DNA of 64,000 nt, taken from a virus (Duplodnaviria > Caudoviricetes). Location of the stretch: IMG/VR virus record IMGVR_UViG_3300020420_000671; one strand, 5' to 3'. A model generated the notes under the pieces. That model was not told the DNA's origin. It was given only the letters and a program-made list of their open reading frames with translations, and searched no databases. Shown here piece after piece: positions 1-8,502 of this stretch. The position numbers were made by a program, and so were the translations under genes. How positions within the stretch are numbered: the stretch's first letter is position 1; every line of letters starts with the position of its first letter.

Positions 1-531
1 CAACAGAAGAGCACCAATACCAATGCTCCAAGTAGTTGCTTTATTCTGCCACTCTTTTTCGTATGCTTCAAGATCATTTTCTTTTAACCATTTCTCATAG
101 TCTGGACGCTTCTCTGGATTTTCTGCCCAGGCTTTAGCCGCTTCAATACCAATCTTGCCTTTGTAAGGACAAGGAGTACCTGCCATCTCCATGGCTTCAA
201 ACACTCTTGCATCTTGACATAACAAACTGACCGCCGCAACCTTCATACCCATACCATATAATGATCTAGATAGTTTTAGTCTTTCACAGTTTAGATCTCT
301 GATTGTTGTACCACCGGCAATACCCAACACCTGTGTTTGTACTGCGGCACTGGTTCCTGTAGAACATACATCTTGATTGTTAATCATCACATTAGGAGCA
401 GAAGCAGTAGGTGGTGTTTTGTCCACTGTTGTTGTTCCTGTGACAGTTGATGTCACTGTATTCGTTTCTGCTTGTAAGGCCATAGGCCAGAAGAATGCGA
501 TTAATGATATAATAATTAAGATTTTTTTCAC
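1..531 (-). CDS. Conserved phage exported/membrane protein (partial, runs off the window start)
   Basis: Manual translation from GTG at 531: MKKILIIISLIAFFWPMALQAETNTVTSTVTG...CERLKLSRSLYGMGMKVAAVSLLCQDARVFEAMEMAGTPCP... It has a signal peptide, stays open to position 1, and has a late motif TAAATA at 586-581 upstream. Not in the ORF track. Confidence 0.85.
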   Translation of the reverse strand, partial: MKKILIIISLIAFFWPMALQAETNTVTSTVTGTTTVDKTPPTASAPNVMINNQDVCSTGTSAAVQTQVLGIAGGTTIRDLNCERLKLSRSLYGMGMKVAAVSLLCQDARVFEAMEMAGTPCPYKGKIGIEAAKAWAENPEKRPDYEKWLKENDLEAYEKEWQNKATTWSIGIGALLL

Positions 532-580
532 TGTGTTTTGCCCTCTAAACTTTCTTTTTAAGTCAAATTTGCTTCAGTGT

Positions 581-586
581 TATTTA
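581..586 (-). promoter_or_regulatory. T4-like late promoter core TAAATA
   Basis: Reverse strand reads GATAAATA upstream of the 1..531 CDS, divergent from the 639 motif. Confidence 0.55.
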
Positions 587-638
587 TCACCTGGTGTAAA
601 AATTTTTACACCTAGTATTATAAGAGTGTATTATAGAA

Positions 639-644
639 TAAATA
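639..644 (+). promoter_or_regulatory. Late promoter TAAATA, 5 nt before ATG 650 (leaderless)
   Basis: TAAATA-aacgt-ATG. Confidence 0.6.
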
Positions 645-649
645 AACGT

Positions 650-916
650 ATGGACGACAGCAACGCACAGATGAAAAGAGAGCAAGAAGAGTTCAATCAA
701 GCATTCGACGAATTATGGGGTCCTATAACACACCATATTAACCCGGTCACTTTACCAGAAGAAATAGCAGATTTAGAAAGAAAAAGAATCATTTTAGCTT
801 TAGATGTTAATGACGGAAATAGAACACGGGCGGCTGATCAATTAGGTCTAGGAAGAACTAATTTGATAGCAAAATTGAAAAAGTATGAATTGGATGAATA
901 CTTAGAAGCTTGTTAG
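650..916 (+). CDS. Fis-type (HTH_8) DNA-binding protein
   Basis: C-terminal ERKRIILALDVNDGNRTRAADQLGLGRTNLIAKLKKY is a Fis/NtrC HTH. The start is moved from 377 to ATG 650 because the upstream part is antisense to the real minus-strand gene. Confidence 0.8.
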   Translation: MDDSNAQMKREQEEFNQAFDELWGPITHHINPVTLPEEIADLERKRIILALDVNDGNRTRAADQLGLGRTNLIAKLKKYELDEYLEAC

Positions 917-1027
917 AGCCCTCACGCTCTGCAATTTTATTTAGCTTAGATTTCACTTTTAAGCTGACCAGCCTTTTGTCCTGGTATATACAACAAAGCA
1001 GATATTGCTAATTCAAAAAAAGGATAT

Positions 1028-1561
1028 ATGATGATTGAAGGATTTGTGATACCAAAAGTCACATTTAGAACTAGAGTGTTTGACAACACCAAAATGGAAA
1101 ACAGCTGGCAAGACGTCACTACTGATGATTACCTCAAAGGGAAGAGAGTAGTTCTGTTTAGTTTACCAGGTGCGTTTACTCCTACATGTTCAACTTATCA
1201 ATTGCCCGGCTTTGAAGAAAATTATGATGCTATTCGTAACCAAGATATAGACGAAGTGTATTGTATTTCAGTAAACGACGCATTTGTAATGAATGCTTGG
1301 GGCAAAGATCAAAAAATTCAAAACGTGAAGATGATACCAGACGGATCGGGAAACTTTACTAGATACATGGGAATGTTGATAGGTAAAAATCACCTAGGCT
1401 TTGGTATGCGTAGTTGGAGATACATGGCAATTATTAATGATGGCATCGTAGAAAAATGGTGGCAAGAGCCCGGTATCAATAATGATGGATCCGACGATGA
1501 TCCGTATATCGAAACCACTCCAGAAAACTGTATAAGTTATCTGAGAACTAAATTATCTTAG
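1028..1561 (+). CDS. Peroxiredoxin (Prx5/redoxin family)
   Basis: KGKRVVLFSLPGAFTPTCS, CISVNDAFVMNAW, IPDG, SWRY motifs. Confidence 0.92.
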   Translation: MMIEGFVIPKVTFRTRVFDNTKMENSWQDVTTDDYLKGKRVVLFSLPGAFTPTCSTYQLPGFEENYDAIRNQDIDEVYCISVNDAFVMNAWGKDQKIQNVKMIPDGSGNFTRYMGMLIGKNHLGFGMRSWRYMAIINDGIVEKWWQEPGINNDGSDDDPYIETTPENCISYLRTKLS

Positions 1562-1570
1562 GGAGAAAAT

Positions 1571-1771
1571 ATGTATAAATTAATTATGATCATTTCAGCT
1601 GGACTGATGCTCACAGCCTGTGGTACAAGTTATATAACCAATGATGGCAAAAGACTATTAGAAAATAGTGCTTTAGGTTGTGTAGCAGGTGAAGTATTGT
1701 TTGGCGAATGTGCCAAAGGTGCGGCAGTCGGTGCTGGTGCTACTGTAATTTCTGATCAAAAGAAGGATTAG
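1571..1771 (+). CDS. Small lipoprotein with glycine zipper
   Basis: Lipobox LMLTAC followed by GCVAGEVLFGECAKGAAVGAGA; SD GGAG upstream. Confidence 0.7.
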   Translation: MYKLIMIISAGLMLTACGTSYITNDGKRLLENSALGCVAGEVLFGECAKGAAVGAGATVISDQKKD

Positions 1772-2171
1772 ATTTTATCGACATCTCAATGAAGTCGCCT
1801 AAGAAGTCAAAATGATATGCCAACTTGCCAAACAGCTCTTGGTGTAACACTTCTGAAACAATTTCATAACTAGATTTTCCTATCTGAGAATAATAACTTT
1901 TCTGTATTCCGTAACGTTTTCCGTAATTAGGAAATACACCCCTAACAAATAAGCAAGTATCGCCGAGAGTTTTAGCATCATACTTTTTTTGTTCTTGTAA
2001 AGTTAGATAACATTGAGCAAATGTTTTCTGAGGTAGGAAATTAGGTTTATCAATGAAAGAAGCCAACAACATTACGATGTAAGACTCGATCTCTAAAGGG
2101 AGTTCGTAACCAGACTTACATTGTGTTTCTTTTACGACATCGTAAAAGGCTGAAGAGTAAGCATCTTCCAT
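1740..2171 (-). CDS. Hypothetical protein
   Basis: Long ORF; likely start ATG 2171, 5 nt after TAAATA (2182-2177). Confidence 0.7.
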   Translation of the reverse strand: MEDAYSSAFYDVVKETQCKSGYELPLEIESYIVMLLASFIDKPNFLPQKTFAQCYLTLQEQKKYDAKTLGDTCLFVRGVFPNYGKRYGIQKSYYSQIGKSSYEIVSEVLHQELFGKLAYHFDFLGDFIEMSIKSNPSFDQKLQ

Positions 2172-2193
2172 AAAAATATTTAGCAAAAAACAC

Positions 2194-2222
2194 TTGACAG
2201 TTGTATGGATAGATGTTAAAGT
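2194..2222 (+). promoter_or_regulatory. Sigma70-type promoter for tRNA-Trp and downstream gene
   Basis: TTGACA (2194) N17 TAAAGT (2217) with extended TG. Confidence 0.7.
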
Positions 2223-2233
2223 TTAAAAACATT

Positions 2234-2308
2234 ATGGGTGTAGTGTTAATGGTAGCACGTCGGTCTCCAAAACCGAAAGTAGGGGTTCAAATCCTCTCAC
2301 CTATGCCA
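2234..2308 (+). tRNA. trnW: tRNA-Trp (CCA)
   Basis: Acceptor ATGGGTG/CACCTAT, anticodon stem TCGGT/ACCGA with loop CTCCAAA, TTCAAAT T-loop, encoded CCA. Confidence 0.95.
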
Positions 2309-2330
2309 ACTGAAGGAGTAAATAGAACGT

Positions 2331-2816
2331 ATGAAAATATTCGGAAAAAAGTTAGAAGACTTTTACAAATGGGTAAAAGGCACAGAACTTGTAATACTAG
2401 AAGACATTGATGTTAAAGAAGATCCTGTGAGACCAGAACTAACTTTAGAATGGCGTAAGGAATACGGTAGACAAATATACGGTTTAAAATATGAAGACAG
2501 CATAGAAGGAGTAGTATGTGTTGCTTATACTAAAGGCGTTCCCTATAGTGTTCGAGAACTTGAATTGATGAGTGAGAATGCCAATATGAAAAGTGATGCT
2601 GATACTGCCGTTGCTTATACAGTATGGTCACGTAAGAGGGGTGCTGGTAAGGAAATTATAGCTAAACTGTTGGAACATGTTCAAAAAAAGACCGAACTAA
2701 AACGTATGGTCACACTTTCACCTTTGACCCCTATGGCAACACACTTTCACATAAGAAATGGTGCCAAATTGATAAAACATAACCCGGATACACAAAATTT
2801 CGAGTACAAACTGTAA
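2331..2816 (+). CDS. Hypothetical protein, possible GNAT-like fold
   Basis: SD GGAG; YTVWSRKRGAGKEII resembles acetyl-CoA binding motif A. Confidence 0.6.
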   Translation: MKIFGKKLEDFYKWVKGTELVILEDIDVKEDPVRPELTLEWRKEYGRQIYGLKYEDSIEGVVCVAYTKGVPYSVRELELMSENANMKSDADTAVAYTVWSRKRGAGKEIIAKLLEHVQKKTELKRMVTLSPLTPMATHFHIRNGAKLIKHNPDTQNFEYKL

Positions 2817-2887
2817 ATACGGTTAAATCGACCAAAAATTTCTACAATTAACTACAGCTTTAATTGGCAAATCACCCACCAAAAAAG

Positions 2888-2916
2888 TTGACAAACTGAT
2901 TAAATATTGTTATAAT
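2888..2916 (+). promoter_or_regulatory. Perfect sigma70 consensus early promoter
   Basis: TTGACA-N17-TATAAT with A-rich UP element. Confidence 0.9.
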
Positions 2917-2945
2917 ATATTTAATTATTCATAGCGGAGATCAGA

Positions 2946-3431
2946 ATGCATATTACTACTAGAGGCGGTTCAAAAACACAGAAGAAATATGTCAAAAGCA
3001 TGGCTGATTTCTGTGGTGAAAAATTACTTGGTTCAAGATTATATCCAAAAATTGAATTGAGAATAGAACTTGTTAAAGACCTAATGAAAAAAGAAAAGAT
3101 CTATGGTGATGCTATTTGGGAAGACGATGAACGTTATCCAAAAGAGTTCCATATCAGAGCAGATGCTTCGCAACCTTTAAGACGTGTGTTAGAAACTATA
3201 GCACACGAAATGGTACATGTCAAACAGTATGCTAAGAATGAATTACATGAATACACAATGAAAAAAGGACATAGATATAAAGGAAAATTCTTTTCTGATA
3301 AACTAGATTACTGGGATGAGCCATGGGAAATAGAAGCTCATGGTAGAGAAACTGGTTTGTTTGTACGTTGGGCAGAAAAAAATAAACTTGGTAAAAGAAA
3401 ATGGACCCAAGATCCTGGAGAAGCCCAATAG
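2946..3431 (+). CDS. Zn metallopeptidase-like protein (HEXXH)
   Basis: TIAHEMVHVKQY plus downstream PWEIEA. Confidence 0.75.
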   Translation: MHITTRGGSKTQKKYVKSMADFCGEKLLGSRLYPKIELRIELVKDLMKKEKIYGDAIWEDDERYPKEFHIRADASQPLRRVLETIAHEMVHVKQYAKNELHEYTMKKGHRYKGKFFSDKLDYWDEPWEIEAHGRETGLFVRWAEKNKLGKRKWTQDPGEAQ

Positions 3432-3524
3432 AAGCATGGATATACTTCTTGCTTTTCTTCCGCTAATTGGTATTTACGGATTTGTAATTTGGTTACTGGT
3501 TATGTGGAACAACGAAAAAATCTC

Positions 3525-3553
3525 TTGACAAATTAGCTTTTCTTTGTTATATT
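3525..3553 (+). promoter_or_regulatory. Sigma70-type early promoter
   Basis: TTGACA-N17-TATATT with extended TG. Confidence 0.8.
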
Positions 3554-3559
3554 AGTAGT

Positions 3560-4273
3560 ATGACATTTATAACAAAAGAGGCACCCGTGACACAGGCAAT
3601 CCAAACACAAACTGCTTTGGCAGTAGCATTTATGGCAGATAGACTCAATAAAGGCTATATCAAAGAAACAAGAAGATTTTCAGAAGATACGCCAACACAA
3701 TTTGCTAACAAAGAAATTGTAAAATTTTATTTTAACGAAGAGCATAGCTTTACACCAGAGGATTACGTGAAGGCTATTCCTACAGATGAAGACTTTGATA
3801 GTGTAGATTTAGCCCTTACACATTTCAAAAGATATTCCATGGAATTACTAGGCGACGGCTTATCTGATTTCCAAAAGAGTGTGTTTGGTTCTATTCAAGG
3901 TACAACTGTACAGAAAAATCAACTAGGACTAGTTTCTTATGTTCCTGAGTTAGTAAGAAGAGAAATATCAGACGCAAAGCTCAAAAAATTATTAAGAATA
4001 GAGTACAGAGATAGCAAACCAATTGGTCAGCATGGTGAAGGATGTTATGGTAACCTTAAGATACTAGACAGAAAATGGAGCCAAAACTGGGAAAGCTATA
4101 ACTATGTTGCTGACTTTGGAGGTAACATTGTAAGTTTTATGAATAAAATTAAATTTAATATAGATCAAAGATTGAACTTCAAAGCCAAAATAAAAGCACA
4201 TCAAGAAAATAATTTGTTTAAAGTTCAAGAGACAAGATTGAACTATCTGAGAATTACGAAAAATGCAAAATAA
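3560..4273 (+). CDS. Hypothetical protein
   Basis: 237-aa ORF directly behind the promoter; an alternative GTG start about 27 nt downstream has SD AGAGG. Confidence 0.75.
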   Translation: MTFITKEAPVTQAIQTQTALAVAFMADRLNKGYIKETRRFSEDTPTQFANKEIVKFYFNEEHSFTPEDYVKAIPTDEDFDSVDLALTHFKRYSMELLGDGLSDFQKSVFGSIQGTTVQKNQLGLVSYVPELVRREISDAKLKKLLRIEYRDSKPIGQHGEGCYGNLKILDRKWSQNWESYNYVADFGGNIVSFMNKIKFNIDQRLNFKAKIKAHQENNLFKVQETRLNYLRITKNAK

Positions 4274-4760
4274 CATTAAAATTATTAATGAGACAACTTT
4301 ACAAAAAATAGGTTTTAGAACTGACCTTGATGAAAAATGGGTTGAAGCTTACACAAAATTATCTAGACTTGAGCCTATGTTAGTAAATGTAACCAAGGTT
4401 CAAAGCAATATCATCACAATGGAAAATCTTACAAAAAGTCATGAGATGTCATTTAGAATGTTTTTGGACACTATGATAGCAAACTCTACAGAAACAAACC
4501 AAAATTTTATATCCAATTTCTTTACTTTAATCAAAAACTTGTGTATATTCGCTGAAAAGTATAACTTTTTCCACAACGACTTAAACGATGCTAATATACT
4601 GATAGATAGTAAAGGAAATATTAAACTTGTCGATCCTGACTCATTTGTCTTTATTAATAAGTTTGAGAGGTATAGATGTCAATGGAAATATACACAAATA
4701 ACAAAAGAATTTTTTGATGCTTTTTTTGAAAGGAAATATCATGAAACCTACGTACGATAA
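4263..4760 (+). CDS. Protein kinase-like (Ser/Thr or APH/RIO-like) protein
   Basis: Catalytic loop FFHNDLNDANILID followed by IKLVDPD (DFG-like). Confidence 0.7.
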   Translation: MQNNIKIINETTLQKIGFRTDLDEKWVEAYTKLSRLEPMLVNVTKVQSNIITMENLTKSHEMSFRMFLDTMIANSTETNQNFISNFFTLIKNLCIFAEKYNFFHNDLNDANILIDSKGNIKLVDPDSFVFINKFERYRCQWKYTQITKEFFDAFFERKYHETYVR

Positions 4761-4974
4761 CAAATGTATGATTACCTGTACAGACAACGATAATGTTGCT
4801 GAAGCAGAAGTTGATAGATTTGAAGAAAAGAAATTTTTAGATGTATTTTTAGCACAAAATAAAATACACATGGAATGGAACGGTAAAGTGTTTGTGGGCA
4901 ATAAACTAGGAATGGAATTCACAACACCAGGACCAGAAGAATTAGCAATACTGAAAGGAAGAGGAGATGCCTAA
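4741..4974 (+). CDS. Hypothetical protein
   Basis: SD AGGA before ATG 4741; coupled to clpP. Confidence 0.7.
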   Translation: MKPTYDNKCMITCTDNDNVAEAEVDRFEEKKFLDVFLAQNKIHMEWNGKVFVGNKLGMEFTTPGPEELAILKGRGDA

Positions 4975-5551
4975 TCTAGTACCAGTCATTATAGAAAAAG
5001 AAGCAAGAGGAGAAAGAAGCTACGACATATATAGTAGACTTCTCAAGGACAGAATCATTATGTTAGACACTGATGTGAATAGCACCAGTGCCAGTTTAAT
5101 TGTAGCACAGATGCTTTTCTTAGAATCAACATCTCCTGGAAAACCTATTAATTTTTATATTAATTCACCAGGTGGTAGTGTAACTGCTGGAATGAGCATA
5201 TATGACACAATGCAATTTATAAAATCACCAATACATACAACAGTGATGGGAATTGCGGCAAGTATGGGAAGTTTTCTTGCTATGGCAGGAGAGCCAGGTA
5301 AAAGAGCGATATTACCTCATGCTAGACACATGATTCATCAGCCTAGTGGAGGAGCATCTGGACAGGCAAGTGATGTTGAGATAAGATACAAAGAATTACA
5401 GTATTGGAAAGAAACACTCACTGACTTGTATGTGAAACACATAGGTTTAGATAGAGAAAAGGTAGCCAAAGACATGGATAGAGATTTCTTTATGAGTGCT
5501 CAGGAATCTATCGATTATGGGTTAGCAGATTACATAGCAGAGAAAAAATAA
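4967..5551 (+). CDS. clpP: ATP-dependent Clp protease proteolytic subunit
   Basis: [35 protein letters not shown] (catalytic Ser), MIHQPSGG (His), DRDFFMSA. Confidence 0.97.
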   Translation: MPNLVPVIIEKEARGERSYDIYSRLLKDRIIMLDTDVNSTSASLIVAQMLFLESTSPGKPINFYINSPGGSVTAGMSIYDTMQFIKSPIHTTVMGIAASMGSFLAMAGEPGKRAILPHARHMIHQPSGGASGQASDVEIRYKELQYWKETLTDLYVKHIGLDREKVAKDMDRDFFMSAQESIDYGLADYIAEKK

Positions 5552-5694
5552 TGGATAAGAAACATTGGGAACAAATAGAAAAAGAAAACGAATATATCAT
5601 GGAGAGAATGCATCCAGCAGTAATGATACCTGGATTCTTCATAGGAATTATGGTTTTAGTAGGATGCCTATTTAAAGGATACATGGGGTGGTAA
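5551..5694 (+). CDS. Small membrane protein
   Basis: Manual: [47 protein letters not shown]; overlaps the clpP stop (TAATG). Confidence 0.55.
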   Translation: MDKKHWEQIEKENEYIMERMHPAVMIPGFFIGIMVLVGCLFKGYMGW

Positions 5695-6125
5695 TGAAAA
5701 TTAAATTAGACTTAGAAAAAGTGAATAGCAAACTGCATTGGACAACATTGTACAGTGAAAAAATATTGCTGGCGGTGATAGGAACATTAACTATGTTAGC
5801 GGCCGGCATGGATATTTATAAAATGGTGTTAACACTTAATATTACACTTGCGGATTTATTTTTACTTTTTATCTATGCGGAAATCGTAGGTATGGTAGGA
5901 GCATTTTATATCAGTAATAGGATACCTGTTACTTTGCCAATTGTTATTGCTATGACGGCATTATGTAGATTAATAGTGCTACACAGTAAAGATGCTGATC
6001 CGTGGGTGCTTATCGCAGAAGCAGGTGCTATTTTAGTATTAGGTGGAGCCGCTTATATAATGAGCTACAAGGATAAATTGAGTTTGGAAAAAGAACAGTT
6101 AAGGAAACAAAATGAATCTAGTTAA
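5688..6125 (+). CDS. psiE: Phosphate-starvation-inducible PsiE family membrane protein
   Basis: LLFIYAEIVGMV...IPVTLPIVIAMTALCRLIVL, multiple TM helices. Confidence 0.8.
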   Translation: MVMKIKLDLEKVNSKLHWTTLYSEKILLAVIGTLTMLAAGMDIYKMVLTLNITLADLFLLFIYAEIVGMVGAFYISNRIPVTLPIVIAMTALCRLIVLHSKDADPWVLIAEAGAILVLGGAAYIMSYKDKLSLEKEQLRKQNESS

Positions 6126-6399
6126 AGAAAAAGTTGCTGAAATGAAAGGTATTCCAGAAGAGAAGGAACTTGTGGAAGCATTACAAAAGGCAATATTTGA
6201 AATCACGTTTAATAAGTTGGACGGCGAAGAAAGAATTATGACATGTACGAAAATTACAGATATGATTCCAGAAGATAAAAGACCAAAAACAGATAAGCCT
6301 GGTAAAGAAGGTACTATTACTGTTTGGGATATTAAAGCTGATGGATGGCGAAGTTTTCGTTACGACCGTGTTACTAAGGCAGTAGCATGTGTGTTCTAA
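6112..6399 (+). CDS. SH3-like/WYL_2-type phage protein
   Basis: ITFNKLDGEERIMTCT...VWDIKADGWRSFRYDRV. Confidence 0.75.
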   Translation: MNLVKEKVAEMKGIPEEKELVEALQKAIFEITFNKLDGEERIMTCTKITDMIPEDKRPKTDKPGKEGTITVWDIKADGWRSFRYDRVTKAVACVF

Positions 6400-6402
6400 A
6401 GA

Positions 6403-6479
6403 CTTCTCGTAGCTCAGCTGGATAGAGCGTCGGTTTGCGGAACCGGAGGCCACAGGTTCGAATCCTGTCGGGAAGGCCA
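6403..6479 (+). tRNA. trnR: tRNA-Arg (GCG)
   Basis: Acceptor CTTCTCG/CGGGAAG, D-stem GCTC/GAGC with A20, anticodon loop TT-GCG-GA, T-arm ACAGG-TTCGAAT-CCTGT, encoded CCA. Confidence 0.93.
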
Positions 6480-6494
6480 TTATAAGGAGATAAA

Positions 6495-6758
6495 ATGACT
6501 AAAAAGAATAAAGATTTTTCCGGTAACTTAATTAGGATATCAATACTGGAGAAAGAAATAGAGTTTGCTAGAAGCCAACTACAACCACATGATACTGGAC
6601 ATATTCATACAGCCATAAGCTGGTTAGAATCAAGACTAAATCATTTGAAAGGTATTAAAGAAGAAGAAATAGATTATCCTGATGGATATTCAAATGAATG
6701 GCGACAGCAACAACAAGATCCAAGACATAATCAATCTGCTTTTAAAGGAAACATTTAG
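6495..6758 (+). CDS. Hypothetical protein
   Basis: SD AAGGAG; 87 aa. Confidence 0.7.
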   Translation: MTKKNKDFSGNLIRISILEKEIEFARSQLQPHDTGHIHTAISWLESRLNHLKGIKEEEIDYPDGYSNEWRQQQQDPRHNQSAFKGNI

Positions 6759-7348
6759 TGAACAACACTTTTAACAATGTTTTTCCTACACTAGTTGGCA
6801 CTTTTGAATTAAAAACTGTCAACAACGAAACACTTATGAACAAGATGGACATGGCAGGTAACGTAGGGCATGGACTGATAGAAAATGGAGTAAGCAGTTA
6901 TGTTGGTGGAGAAGATTGTTTCTTAACAAGATTGAATATTGAAGACTTAAAAAAAGAAATACTATATCATTTGAATGAATACTGTTTTCAAGCAGGTATT
7001 GCTCCTAACTATATCATAAACAGTTGGGCTAATGTGCTTGAACAACAGGGATTAGTAAAAAGGCATAGGCATGAAAAATCAATCATTAGTGGTGCTTACT
7101 ATCCGAATGATAGTGATGCTAATTTAATTTTAGAAAATCCTAATACAATATTTCAAATGACACAAACGAATGTAAACGATAGCATTTACAATTCAGAAAA
7201 AATTTCAATTAAACCTAAGGCAGGTTTGTTGGTAATGTGGCCTAGTCACATCTATCATTATACAGAAAGCAATGATAAAAATAAAAGATACACGGTAAGT
7301 TTTAATACTTTAGACGAATCTTACAAAAGTGCACTAAATAGAAGATAA
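6758..7348 (+). CDS. Putative 2OG-Fe(II) oxygenase
   Basis: SWANV...HRHEKSIISGAYY...LVMWPSHIYH...RYTVSFN jelly-roll motifs. Confidence 0.8.
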   Translation: MNNTFNNVFPTLVGTFELKTVNNETLMNKMDMAGNVGHGLIENGVSSYVGGEDCFLTRLNIEDLKKEILYHLNEYCFQAGIAPNYIINSWANVLEQQGLVKRHRHEKSIISGAYYPNDSDANLILENPNTIFQMTQTNVNDSIYNSEKISIKPKAGLLVMWPSHIYHYTESNDKNKRYTVSFNTLDESYKSALNRR

Positions 7349-7377
7349 TTTAGATTAATCAGTAAAGGAGTAAAATT

Positions 7378-7578
7378 ATGTTAGCAGGATTTATAGTCAT
7401 GGTCACCGCGTTGTGGTCAATGGACAACAAGGAATATATAGATACAATGAACGAACAACTTGCCAAAGGATATAGTTGGGAACAGATAGAGTGTAGAGCT
7501 CCAACACCAGGAGTACCACATATTGCTATTGAGACTCCTTTAGGCAATAAGTATGTCTGTAACAAGCTAATCAAGTAA
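7378..7578 (+). CDS. Hypothetical protein with N-terminal hydrophobic segment
   Basis: SD AAGGAG; 66 aa. Confidence 0.7.
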   Translation: MLAGFIVMVTALWSMDNKEYIDTMNEQLAKGYSWEQIECRAPTPGVPHIAIETPLGNKYVCNKLIK

Positions 7579-7579
7579 T

Positions 7580-7655
7580 GCTGGCATAGCTCAGCTGGTA
7601 GAGCAACTGATTTGTAATCAGTAGGTCCGCGGTTCGAATCCGTGTGCCAGCACCA
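7580..7655 (+). tRNA. trnT: tRNA-Thr (TGT)
   Basis: Acceptor GCTGGCA/TGCCAGC, anticodon stem ACTGA/TCAGT with loop TT-TGT-AA, encoded CCA. Confidence 0.96.
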
Positions 7656-7874
7656 TTAATGGTCATAGACGTGCGGACCATCCTGTGTCTTAATAGGTTT
7701 ACAATAAGCAGTCACTCTGTGTTCTAGAGGAACTAAATTGCTATAGGAATAGTTTCCATACTGTCTTGGAATGCGTTGAGCATAGTATTGACAAACATCT
7801 ATACTTCTAAATATCATAGGATCTTTCTGTTGGGTCTCGCCTATCAAGACCACTAAGAGAAAGGCGTGGATCAT
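7656..7874 (-). CDS. Hypothetical protein
   Basis: 72 aa; coupled (TAATG) to the upstream minus-strand gene. Confidence 0.7.
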   Translation of the reverse strand: MIHAFLLVVLIGETQQKDPMIFRSIDVCQYYAQRIPRQYGNYSYSNLVPLEHRVTAYCKPIKTQDGPHVYDH

Positions 7875-8350
7875 TAGTAGCCTCTATTTACGTAAAGATA
7901 TGCTATTCCGATTACAAAGCCACATATGGTTACCCCCAACAAAATAACCGCACATATTTCTAACACCTTTTGTCTACGTTCTTCTTGAGCATAAATCATT
8001 GCCTGACGTTTTTTACGTATGTCACCTTCGGTCTTTAGAAGTTCATCCCAGGCACTTAATCCACGTGTCATTATTATTATCTGTTTCAATTGGTCCCGCA
8101 TGTCTTCTGCTTTTTTCTTTGCCATAAAGACTGCCATGGCTTCTTCTTCTACCGAACCTGAAGCAAATAATTTTTTAAATAATGGAGGTTTTTTGTTGTA
8201 TTCTTCAGCTTTCTTAATATCAGAAACACAATTCATCCAACGGCCTAAATCTCCTGCCATAGACTCTATGTCTCGGCCGACCGAAAATCCTGCTTTGATG
8301 GTGTTGAAAGCGGCTGTGGCCCCTGCCAATGCGGTTACTGGATCTATCAA
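7874..8350 (-). CDS. Hypothetical coiled-coil protein with C-terminal TM helix
   Basis: MIDPVTALAGATAAFNTIK...; late promoter TATAAATA upstream. Confidence 0.8.
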   Translation of the reverse strand: MIDPVTALAGATAAFNTIKAGFSVGRDIESMAGDLGRWMNCVSDIKKAEEYNKKPPLFKKLFASGSVEEEAMAVFMAKKKAEDMRDQLKQIIIMTRGLSAWDELLKTEGDIRKKRQAMIYAQEERRQKVLEICAVILLGVTICGFVIGIAYLYVNRGY

Positions 8351-8399
8351 TTTATTAGCCCTATTCTGTAACTTGTGGCCCTACTTTGGGTCTTCAAAG

Positions 8400-8407
8400 T
8401 ATTTATA
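8400..8407 (-). promoter_or_regulatory. T4-type late promoter TATAAATA
   Basis: Exact T4 gp55 consensus on the minus strand. Confidence 0.65.
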
Positions 8408-8444
8408 TGATAACCGTTTTGGTTATATAAGTATAAAATAATGG

Positions 8445-8473
8445 TTGACTAATAAAGTGCAAGATGTTATTAT
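8445..8473 (+). promoter_or_regulatory. Sigma70-type promoter of the ligase gene
   Basis: TTGACT-N17-TATTAT with extended TG. Confidence 0.75.
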
Positions 8474-8502
8474 TAGTTATAATTAAATTTTGAGAGGCAC
8501 AA

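Noticed and set aside
377-649. N-terminal half of the 179-aa ORF in the track
   Set aside because: It is antisense to the real minus-strand gene (1..531); the Fis-like protein more plausibly starts at ATG 650.
915-945. Short hairpin AGAGC-N6-GCTCT after the Fis-like gene as a terminator
   Set aside because: The stem is weak and the U-tract is not adjacent; insufficient support.
2213-2410. 65-aa ORF (MLKFKNIMG...)
   Set aside because: It overlaps tRNA-Trp and the next CDS; spurious.
6181-6480. Minus-strand 99-aa ORF (MAFPTGFEPVASG...)
   Set aside because: It is the antisense reading of tRNA-Arg, a known artefact.
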